The position numbers and the translations under genes were made by a program. DNA of 64,000 nt, taken from contig JACRDQ010000020.1 of NCBI GenBank assembly GCA_016218545.1, positions 34,455-98,454 of the forward strand, given 5' to 3'. This document shows positions 56,455-64,000 of the stretch, piece after piece. Position 1 is the first letter of the stretch; each line of letters starts with the position of its first letter. The stretch is from Elusimicrobiota bacterium (GTDB taxonomy: Bacteria; Elusimicrobiota; Elusimicrobia; UBA1565; UBA9628). The notes beneath the pieces were generated by a model. It was not told the origin of the DNA. It was given only the letters and a program-made list of their open reading frames with translations, and ran no database searches.

Positions 56455-57759
56455 ATGAAACTGCTTCTCGTCCTGCCCACCACCGTCGACAAAAACGGCG
56501 TGCCCACCCGCTCCAAGATGCGCTGGGTGCTCGGCCTTGCCATGCCCTACGTCGCGGCCCTGACGCCTCCCTGGGTGGACGTGAAGATCGTCGACGACCG
56601 CCTCAACGACATCGACTACGACGGAGGCTGGGACATGGTGGGCCTCAACACCACCATCGCCACCTGCACCCGGGCCTACCAGATCGCGGACGAATTCAGG
56701 AAGCGCGGGGTCGCGGTGGTCATGGGCGGCTTCCACGCCACCCTCTTGCCGGAGGAGTGCCTCCAGCACGCCGACGCGGTGGTCGAGGGCGAGGCCGAGC
56801 ACGTCTGGCCTCAGCTCCTCGAGGACTTCAAGGCCGGCAAGATGCGCCGGCGCTACCGCGCCGACAAGCTCCACGACCTCAAGGGCCTGCCCCTCCCCCG
56901 CTGGGACCTCATGGACCGGCGCAGGTACCTGGCGCCCTACATGCCGATCCAGACCACTCGGGGCTGCCCCTTCCACTGCAGCTATTGCGAGGTGCCGGTC
57001 TTCTACGGCGGCACCTACCGCCACCGGCCGGTCGGCGAGGTCCTTTCGGACATCAAGCACATCCCCACCCGCAAGGTCCAGATCGTCGACGACAACATCG
57101 TGGGCAACCGCGCCTACGCCAGGGAGCTCCTCACCGCGATGATCCCGCTGAACGTCCGGTTCAGCTGCCTGTGGACCATCAACACCTCTCGCGACCCGGA
57201 GATCCTCGACCTGGCCAAGAAGGCCGGCATCTACCACGTCAACATCGGCATCGAGTCCATCTCGCAGAAGTCCCTGCTCTCGGCCAACAAGAGGCAGAAC
57301 CAGGTCAAGGACTACATCGACATGCTCGGCGCGCTCGAGAAGCGCGGCATCTTCTACTCCCTCAACTTCATGTTCGGCCTCGACGAGGACACCCCGGAGA
57401 TCTTCGCGGAGACCATGGACTTCCTCAAGCAGATCAAGGCCCCTATGGTCTTCTTCAACACCGCCACCCCGCGGACCGGCACGGCCATGCGCGCCCAGCT
57501 CGAGAAGGAGGGCCGCATCCTCAACCCCGTGGCCGACCGCTACACCGGCATGGAGTGCCTCTACGTGCCCAAGAACATGACGCCGCGGCAGGTCGAGGAC
57601 GGGGTCTGGAAGTGCTTCCGGGATTTCTACTCGCCGCTCGCCATCGCCAAGCGCTTCCTCTGGCCCCCGCAGTGGGCGTACCTGGGCCAGGGCCTGCCCT
57701 CCAACATCATCTTCTCCTGGGCCGTGCGCAGGAAGAAGGACCCGGTCGACTTCTACTAG
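56455..57759 (+). CDS. Cobalamin-binding radical SAM protein
   Basis: AALTP, MGGFHAT, GEAE, QTTRGCPFHCSYC, VDDN, IGIES, FGLDED and TPRTGT. Confidence 0.92.
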   Translation: MKLLLVLPTTVDKNGVPTRSKMRWVLGLAMPYVAALTPPWVDVKIVDDRLNDIDYDGGWDMVGLNTTIATCTRAYQIADEFRKRGVAVVMGGFHATLLPEECLQHADAVVEGEAEHVWPQLLEDFKAGKMRRRYRADKLHDLKGLPLPRWDLMDRRRYLAPYMPIQTTRGCPFHCSYCEVPVFYGGTYRHRPVGEVLSDIKHIPTRKVQIVDDNIVGNRAYARELLTAMIPLNVRFSCLWTINTSRDPEILDLAKKAGIYHVNIGIESISQKSLLSANKRQNQVKDYIDMLGALEKRGIFYSLNFMFGLDEDTPEIFAETMDFLKQIKAPMVFFNTATPRTGTAMRAQLEKEGRILNPVADRYTGMECLYVPKNMTPRQVEDGVWKCFRDFYSPLAIAKRFLWPPQWAYLGQGLPSNIIFSWAVRRKKDPVDFY

Positions 57760-57770
57760 ACCGGGCTAGG

Positions 57771-58847
57771 TCAGAGGCCGAACCACCCGCGCCGGAACAC
57801 CCGGAAGCCCGTCTTGACGACCCGGGCCAGCTCGTCGGGCGACAGGACCATGACTTCCTCCACGCCCAGCCGCGCCATGACGCCGTGCACCTCGGGGAGC
57901 TCCCAGAAGGCCCGCGCCGCGGCGAGACCCTCCCTGCCCGGGGCGTCGAACCCGACCGTCAACCTCGGGCCCCGTCCCGCGTCCGCCATGAAGAGCCAGC
58001 AGGACTTGAGCGCCGGATAACCGGCCGCGCTGCGCTTGATGGGAGCCAGGACCTCGTCCGACGGCGGCTCGGGCGCGGCGGAGAAGCGCTGGGTCTCGGC
58101 CGCGGCCGCGGCGGGAGCGGCCCTGCTGCGGCGGAAGACCTCGAGCGCCACGGGCTGGAGCTCCCGAATGATCGCCGGCCCGACGACCACGGCGTCCGAG
58201 ACCCCGCAGCGCACCAGGGCGCGCCGCACCGGGCCCAGGGCCATGAAGGCCTGGACGCATTCGCTGCCGTGGAGGCCGGAGACCTCGAAGCCGATGGTCC
58301 GGTGCGGCCTGCCGCCTTTCTCCACGCAGAAGAGCCAGCAGGAGTCGATGTCGGGCCTCGACGCCCCGGCTTCCTTGAGGGCGGAAAGGACGTCATCGCC
58401 CACCGGAGGCATGGGGAGGTAGCGGGGAGCGTCCGACTCGGCGCCCGGGGCCGGCGCTCCCGGGATGGCGCCCGCGGCCAGGGCCTGGAACGCCGAGCGC
58501 TCGAGCATGACCCCGGCGCCGTAAGGGTCGATCATGATGGAATCGATGCGCGGCTCGGCCGCGGAGGCCATCTGGAAGACCACCCGGGCGTCGAAGGCCA
58601 TGACCTCCATGCCCGGAGGCAGGGTCTTCTTCATTTCCTCGGGGTTCGTGAAGACCGGAAGGCCGGTGCGGCCGCCGGAGCGGGTGAACATGAGCCCGAC
58701 CGGCGCCCCCTGCTGGGGCAGCTGCACCGGGACGATGAGCCTGGCCCGGAGGAGCTCCTCGTAGACCTGCGGGGACGGACGCCCGGCCTCGCCCGGGCGG
58801 GGCCTGCCGAGACACGCCCTGAGCCGCTGGTTGTCGGGCAGGTCCAT
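57771..58847 (-). CDS. SseB-family protein with duplicated C-terminal domain
   Basis: LLRARLIVPV, LPVFTN.EE and IMIDPYG, then two SCWLF...IGF/VGF repeats. Start at 58847, 7 nt below TGgTACAAT. Confidence 0.7.
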   Translation of the reverse strand: MDLPDNQRLRACLGRPRPGEAGRPSPQVYEELLRARLIVPVQLPQQGAPVGLMFTRSGGRTGLPVFTNPEEMKKTLPPGMEVMAFDARVVFQMASAAEPRIDSIMIDPYGAGVMLERSAFQALAAGAIPGAPAPGAESDAPRYLPMPPVGDDVLSALKEAGASRPDIDSCWLFCVEKGGRPHRTIGFEVSGLHGSECVQAFMALGPVRRALVRCGVSDAVVVGPAIIRELQPVALEVFRRSRAAPAAAAAETQRFSAAPEPPSDEVLAPIKRSAAGYPALKSCWLFMADAGRGPRLTVGFDAPGREGLAAARAFWELPEVHGVMARLGVEEVMVLSPDELARVVKTGFRVFRRGWFGL

Positions 58848-58908
58848 GGCTGACATTGTACCAGTTTCCCGGGGCGGCTCCCGCCCCTTTTGATATCATG
58901 CATCCGGC

Positions 58909-61116
58909 ATGTCCCATCGCGACCTCCGTTGGCCGGCCTGGGCCGCGGCCGGCCTGGCCGCGGCCGCGCTCTGCGCCTGGCGCATGCACGAAAGCGCGGT
59001 CTTCGGAGCCGGCGAAGCCTTCCACGAGAGCCTGACCCACGGAGAGGCGCTCCTGCACTCCGTGGCCTCGGATCCGGGCGTGACCTACCGCATGCCGCTC
59101 TCCGGCATCGCCTTGTCCCTGTTCCGGAACCACCTCGGGGAAGGGGCTCGGCTGGCGACCGGCTTCGTCATCCTGCTGGCTCCGGCCCTCCTGGCCTTCC
59201 AGGCCGGGCTCCTCCTGGCAGGAGCGCGGGCAGGCTTGCTCGCGGCCCTGCTCTGCAGCCTGCCCCTGGGCTTCAACGCCGCAGCCGGGCACGAGGAGCA
59301 GCTCTACCGCATCATCCTCCTGTTGACCGCGTGCCTGGCAGCCCAGCGCGCGTCCCGGCCGGGACTGGCCGCGAGCGCGGGCCTGGGCCTGGCCTTGGGA
59401 GCCGGACTGCTCGTCCGGTCCCCCCTCTTCCTGTTCCCCTTGGTCCTGGCTGCCTGGGACCTCGTCAGACCCGGCCCTGCCAGGGACCGCGGCCCGGTCT
59501 GGAGCCTGCTGGTCCTGCTGTGCCTGCCGTTCCTGTTCCTCCTGCCATGGGCCGGCCTCAACAGCCGTCTGGGCCTGGGCCCCGTCCTCCTCGAGCACGG
59601 CAGGGCGGACGCGAACATCGTATCAGCCGCCCTGGGCCTGGTGCCCACCCAGGCCGGAGGCTCTCTCATGCCCTCAGGGCTCGAGGCTGGGGAGGGCGCC
59701 CTGTCCTGGGCCGTGTCCGAGGTCCTCCGCCATCCGGGCCGCTATGCCCTGGGAGTCCTGGCCAGGCTGTGGTTCGTGTTCCAGCTCCAGCCCCTGCTCA
59801 TCCTGGCCGCGGCCGCGGGGGCCTGGCTCAACCGCCGGAGAGCCGGGGTCCCGGAGACCGCCCTGCTCGCCGCATACTTCATCGCCGTCCACTGCCTCCT
59901 GTCCGTGGAAGGCCGGTACTTCGAGCCCCTCTGGCCCGTGCTGGCGGTCCTGGCCTCCTGCGTCCCGGCTGCCCGGGGGTCTGCCAAGCCCGCGGCCAGG
60001 CCCTGGCTGGCCTGGGGAGCAGGGGCCGGGGTCCTCGGCCTCGCGCTCGCCGCGGAATGGCGCGTCTGCGCCTACGCCAGGGGAGGCTCCGAGGAAGAGG
60101 CCTTCTCCCAAGCCCTTGCCAGGAACCCCGAAGACCCATGGCTGTGGTTCCTCTCCGGCCGCCGCCGCCTGCGCCTGGGAGAGCCTGAGCTCGCGCTCAG
60201 CGACCTTGCCAAGGCCGCGTCCCTGGAGCCCGGCCATTTCCCGTTCGAATCCTCCAAGGCCTGGGCCATGACGGCGGCGGGCCGCCTGGACGCCGACGGC
60301 CTCAAGGCCGCGGCCGCCGGGTGGAGGGGCGGCTTGGCCTGGGATTGGAGCCAGGAGGAGAAGGACTTCCTGGCCTCGGCCCTGGGTCTGCTGAGGGCTC
60401 TGGCCCTGCCGCCTCGGGCCCAGGCCTCGGCCGGAGTCCCCGGCCTCTGGCTGGAGGTCGAGTCCGCCTGGCGCGGCCGCTCTGGAGGCAGGTCCGCTCC
60501 CGCGGACGCAGCCCTCGAGCACCCAAGGCTTGCCATGGCCAGGCACCTGCAGGCGCTCGCCGCTGCCTGGCCCGCGGAACAGCGCCTCTCCATCATGCAG
60601 GCCCTGGCAGCCAAGACCCCGGAGACCGGGCTCGGACGCGAGACCGCGCTCCTGGCCGAGGACCTGGCCCGCGCCGACCTCAAGGCAGGACGTAAAGGGA
60701 GCGGGCTCAAGGTCATGGAAACCCTGGCGGCTGCGAACCGCGACCCGGAGCTCCTGGCCAGACTGGCGCTCCTCTACCAGGAAGCGGGACACCCGGGCCG
60801 GGCCCTGGAGACGCTCGACGCCGCCTCGCGTCTCAAGCCCGCAGACAGCCGCGTGGCCAACAGCCGCGGGGTCGCCCTCTCCCTGTTGGGCCGCAAGGCC
60901 GAGGCCCGCCGGGAGTTCGAGACGGCCATCCGTCTCGACCCCGGCCTGCTTGCGGCCTACCTCTCCCTCGGCGGCCTGCAGGCCGCCGAAGGCGATCGGG
61001 ATGCCGCGCTCAGGACCTTCGAAGCGGGAGCGGCAGCCTCCGGGAAGAAGAGCCGCGACCCCATCGCCCGGATGCTGAGGTCCGAGGCGGACCGCCTCAA
61101 CCTCATATCCCAGTGA
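58909..61116 (+). CDS. Polytopic membrane protein (GT-C/ArnT-like glycosyltransferase?) with C-terminal TPRs
   Basis: YRMPL, many TM helices, VEGRYFEPL and TPR motifs (NSRGVALSLLGR..EA..FE.AI.LDP). Confidence 0.65.
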   Translation: MSHRDLRWPAWAAAGLAAAALCAWRMHESAVFGAGEAFHESLTHGEALLHSVASDPGVTYRMPLSGIALSLFRNHLGEGARLATGFVILLAPALLAFQAGLLLAGARAGLLAALLCSLPLGFNAAAGHEEQLYRIILLLTACLAAQRASRPGLAASAGLGLALGAGLLVRSPLFLFPLVLAAWDLVRPGPARDRGPVWSLLVLLCLPFLFLLPWAGLNSRLGLGPVLLEHGRADANIVSAALGLVPTQAGGSLMPSGLEAGEGALSWAVSEVLRHPGRYALGVLARLWFVFQLQPLLILAAAAGAWLNRRRAGVPETALLAAYFIAVHCLLSVEGRYFEPLWPVLAVLASCVPAARGSAKPAARPWLAWGAGAGVLGLALAAEWRVCAYARGGSEEEAFSQALARNPEDPWLWFLSGRRRLRLGEPELALSDLAKAASLEPGHFPFESSKAWAMTAAGRLDADGLKAAAAGWRGGLAWDWSQEEKDFLASALGLLRALALPPRAQASAGVPGLWLEVESAWRGRSGGRSAPADAALEHPRLAMARHLQALAAAWPAEQRLSIMQALAAKTPETGLGRETALLAEDLARADLKAGRKGSGLKVMETLAAANRDPELLARLALLYQEAGHPGRALETLDAASRLKPADSRVANSRGVALSLLGRKAEARREFETAIRLDPGLLAAYLSLGGLQAAEGDRDAALRTFEAGAAASGKKSRDPIARMLRSEADRLNLISQ

Positions 61117-61167
61117 ATCCTCCCCCCATGGTTTGATACCATGGGCCTCACGGAAGGGGGAGGCACG

Positions 61168-62367
61168 ATGATCTTCACGAACGGGCGCATCGAGAAGTAC
61201 GCGGACTCGCTGCTGTGGGGCCTGACCACGGCCCGGCCGGGCTTCAAGAAGGGGGACGTCGTGCTCATCCGCGCCGGCCTGGCAGCCATGCCCCTGGCCG
61301 AGGCCCTGCAGGCGCGGATGCTCGACCGGGGTTGGAACCCGGTGCTCAGGACCGACCCGACCCCGGTCTGGGAGCGGAGCTTCTTCCAGCGCTCGGGCAA
61401 GGGCCAGCGCGCCTTCCTGCCTCCTGGAGAGGAAGCGTTCTACTCGGGCCTCCACGGGCTCGTGGCCCTGCGGGCTCCGGAGTCCATCACCCACCTGCGC
61501 GACGTGGACCCAAAGCGCATCAGCGAGACCGCCATGGCCCGCAAGCCCGTCAGGGAGATCATGAACCGGCGCGAGGAGAAGGGCCTCTTCGGCTGGACCC
61601 TCTGCCTCTACCCCACCCGCGAGCCCGCGGCCACGGCGAAGATGAGCTTCTCCGAGTACGCGCGCCAGATCGAGAAGGCATGCTTTCTCGACGAGATCGA
61701 CCCGGTGCGGCGCTGGAAGGAGATCCACCGCGAGGTGGCCGAGATCAAGAAGGGCTTGAACGGCCTGGGAGCCTGCACGGTCCGGCTCGAGAGCCGGAGC
61801 ATGGACCTCTCCGTCCGCGTGGGCGAGAGGCGCCGCTGGCTGGGCATCAGCGGCCGGAACATCCCCTCCTTCGAGGTCTTCACCTCGCCGGACTGGCGCG
61901 GGGCGCGTGGGGTCTACTACGCGGACCTGCCCTCCTACCGGAGCGGGAACTACATCTCGGGCCTGCGCGTCGAGTTCAAGGACGGCCGGGCCGTCAAGGT
62001 GACGGCCGGGCAGGGCGAGGAGTTCGCGCGCCGCATGACCTCCATGGACGCGGGAGCGGGCCGCATCGGGGAGCTCTCCCTCACGGACCGCCGCTTCTCC
62101 CGCATCGACCGGTTCATGGCCGAGACCCTCTTCGACGAGAACTTCGGCGGCCGCCATGGGAACTCCCACATCGCCATGGGCTCCTCCTACACCGACGCCT
62201 TCGACGGGGACCAGACCAAGCTGACCAAGGCTCGGCGCGAGGGCCTGGGGTTCAACGATTCTTGTCTCCACTGGGACATCATCAACACCGAGGACAAGCG
62301 CGTGACCGCGCGCCTGGCGGGCGGCAGGACCGTCACGGTCTACGAGGACGGGAAGTTCGTCGTCTAG
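61168..62367 (+). CDS. M29 aminopeptidase (thermophilic metalloprotease family)
   Basis: KYA..L, NIPSFEVFTSP, RIGE, TLFDENFGG, HIAMG.SY and FNDS.LHWD. GGGAGG SD before ATG 61168. Confidence 0.93.
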   Translation: MIFTNGRIEKYADSLLWGLTTARPGFKKGDVVLIRAGLAAMPLAEALQARMLDRGWNPVLRTDPTPVWERSFFQRSGKGQRAFLPPGEEAFYSGLHGLVALRAPESITHLRDVDPKRISETAMARKPVREIMNRREEKGLFGWTLCLYPTREPAATAKMSFSEYARQIEKACFLDEIDPVRRWKEIHREVAEIKKGLNGLGACTVRLESRSMDLSVRVGERRRWLGISGRNIPSFEVFTSPDWRGARGVYYADLPSYRSGNYISGLRVEFKDGRAVKVTAGQGEEFARRMTSMDAGAGRIGELSLTDRRFSRIDRFMAETLFDENFGGRHGNSHIAMGSSYTDAFDGDQTKLTKARREGLGFNDSCLHWDIINTEDKRVTARLAGGRTVTVYEDGKFVV

Positions 62368-62679
62368 GAGCCTGAGCAATTAGTGGCATGCCCCTGCGAA
62401 CCCCGAGCCTGAGCCGGATGCAAGGCGCGACGACCGAGCATGCCGAGGCATGTGAGGGAGAAGCAACGCAGCAGCCGGCCAGGGGAGGGTTTCCCCTCCC
62501 CATATCAGGAATTGCGCGGGCCTTGCCTGCGCAATTCCTCTTGGAAAGGGGCCGCTCGCCGTCGGGCTGCGCCTTCGTTGCTCGCCGCTCAGATAGCTAC
62601 GGCTATCCTCGCTTCTCGCGCCTCGGCTCGCTCCAGCGGCGAGCGGCGCAGGGGCATGCCACTAATTGCTCAGGCTCCT
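62366..62679. mobile_element. Putative MITE (non-autonomous element) with 33-bp perfect terminal inverted repeats
   Basis: AGGAGCCTGAGCAATTAGTGGCATGCCCCTGCG at 62366-62398 and its exact reverse complement at 62647-62679. Internal hairpins, no transposase. Confidence 0.8.
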
Positions 62680-62779
62680 GGTAGGCACCTGGTCCCAGCC
62701 CCTGCTGGGCCCTCTGCCGTCCCCTCTTGGGGCCATCGGCCCTCCCTGAGGCCTCCTTGCGGGCCTAAACTCATGGGGC

Positions 62780-64000
62780 ATGATCCCTATCAAGAAAACC
62801 ATCGCCCTCTCCCTGGCCGTCATCCAATGCTCCTGGTCCTTCGGAGCCGCCGACGCCCTGGCCCAGAACATGGTGCAGTCCGCCCGGGTCTCGGGCGTCC
62901 AGCAGACAGGCGTGAGCGTCATCGCTCCCCTCAGCTATTCCCGGACCTCCGCCCTCGCCGGCGCCTCCGTCCTGGGAGGCTCGAACATCCAGGTCACCGG
63001 AGCCCTCCCCTCCCTCTACGCTCCAAGCGTCGGCGTGGAGGCCCAGGGCCCCGACGCCGCGCCGGAGACCATGGTCCCGGCCGGTCTCTCCCCCGAAGCC
63101 CTGACCTTCTCCATGGCCGAAGCCGGACCCCTCCCCGCGGTCCCGGGACGGCTGGCTCCCGCGACCGTCGAGGCCGCTTCCAGGCAGGTCGGGGAAGCCA
63201 TCAAGACCCTGGACCTCTCGCAGACCGCTCCGGCGGAGTCCTCGAAGGGCTCGGCCGAAGGCATCTTCGCCGCGCTGGTGGGAGAGAAGCTCATCAGCCC
63301 CTCAGGCACGGTCGACGCGGCCTCCCCCTCGCCGGTCCGCTCCGCGCTGAGGCGCGGCTTGGGCCTCTTCAAGGCCGCGCCCTCGACCGCCGAGAACGCC
63401 GAGCCCCAGGTCCCTGCTCCGGCCCCGGCGGCCCAGCCGAGCGCCAAGCCCTCGATCTTCCAGCACCCTGCCGCGCGCCGCATCGCGGCCCTGGCAGGCG
63501 CGGTCGCGGTCGCCGCCTTGGCTCCCCTGCTGACCGCCAACGTCGGGCTCGTGGCCGCGGCCGGAAGCATCACGCTCAGCGTCATCGGCATCCCGCAGAT
63601 CATCCACAATTTCCGGGCAGGCAAGGAGGGCGTCAAGGAGCTCGCCATCGCCAGCCCCCTCATCTGGTTCGCGGCCGCGACCCTGCTCACCGTGGTCTCC
63701 ATCGGCCAGGGCTCGAGCATGTGGTGGAACGCCGCCAACATCGCGGGCGTGCTCGAGAGCGCGGCCGTGCTCGGCCAGATCAACTGGTACAAGAGGGACG
63801 CGAAGGCCCTCAAAGCCACGCTCGCGACCGTGGGCGCGGTCCTGGCGCCCCTCCCCCTGATCGCCATGCAGGCCTTCATGCCGCTCACGGCCTGGGTGGA
63901 CCTGGCCTTCACCGCGGCCATGGGCCTGCTCTGGGTGCTCAACTGGCCCCAGATCAAGCAGAACTACAGGCTCTTCAAGGAAGAGGGACGGGCTCCCAAG
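62780..64000 (+). CDS. Leader-bearing membrane protein with PQ-loop (SemiSWEET-like) repeats (3' truncated by window edge)
   Basis: Absent from the ORF track because there is no stop in the window. Translated by hand: MIPIKKTIALSLAV...DALAQNMVQSARVS, an Ala/Pro/Ser linker, then TM helices with IGIPQIIHNF and LNWPQIKQNY. Confidence 0.75.
   Translation, partial: MIPIKKTIALSLAVIQCSWSFGAADALAQNMVQSARVSGVQQTGVSVIAPLSYSRTSALAGASVLGGSNIQVTGALPSLYAPSVGVEAQGPDAAPETMVPAGLSPEALTFSMAEAGPLPAVPGRLAPATVEAASRQVGEAIKTLDLSQTAPAESSKGSAEGIFAALVGEKLISPSGTVDAASPSPVRSALRRGLGLFKAAPSTAENAEPQVPAPAPAAQPSAKPSIFQHPAARRIAALAGAVAVAALAPLLTANVGLVAAAGSITLSVIGIPQIIHNFRAGKEGVKELAIASPLIWFAAATLLTVVSIGQGSSMWWNAANIAGVLESAAVLGQINWYKRDAKALKATLATVGAVLAPLPLIAMQAFMPLTAWVDLAFTAAMGLLWVLNWPQIKQNYRLFKEEGRAPK

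Noticed and set aside
59674..62379. 901-aa minus-strand ORF
   Set aside because: Antisense to the TPR membrane protein and aminopeptidase.
62388..62684. 98-aa ORF inside the MITE
   Set aside because: No transposase motifs; a by-product of the inverted repeat element.
63016..63957. 313-aa minus-strand ORF
   Set aside because: The plus-strand frame from 62780 has a signal peptide and PQ-loop motifs and is the better gene.

Overview
GC-rich (roughly 70% by eye) bacterial chromosomal window with about 48 densely packed CDSs. No rRNA, tRNA, CRISPR array or transposase was recognised. The first ~24.5 kb, cut at the left edge, is an unusual radical-SAM-rich biosynthetic-like neighbourhood with 7 radical SAM domains in 6 genes plus a HemN-like radical SAM/TPR gene. 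It includes two paralogues with a stretched C-x10-C-x13/14-C-x2-C motif, a double radical SAM fusion and three predicted cobalamin-binding domains. They are mixed with a U32 protein, a degenerate adenylate-forming enzyme, a circularly permuted ATP-grasp/C45 Ntn-hydrolase/ahcY run, an orphan sensor kinase and a creatininase-family amidohydrolase. The rest is mostly housekeeping or accessory genes: Lon-like protease, SPFH-zinc-ribbon protein, RluA, galT, DUF72, M16 peptidase, rsgA, MarC, MFS, YfcC, GH13, metallophosphoesterase, M14, FolD-like, cyclase, Gre-like, ppdK, degenerate HemC, B12 radical SAM, SseB, glycosyltransferase-TPR and M29. Non-coding features are a 314-bp MITE with perfect 33-bp terminal inverted repeats, a family of REP-like palindromes, a perfect 70-bp AT-rich palindrome, many apparently leaderless promoters, and periodic GGNCC-N3-GGNCC arrays upstream of genes encoding signal-peptide proteins. 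Protein style suggests Elusimicrobiota, but this is an unverified impression. All family calls come from motif recognition by eye; no database searches were run.
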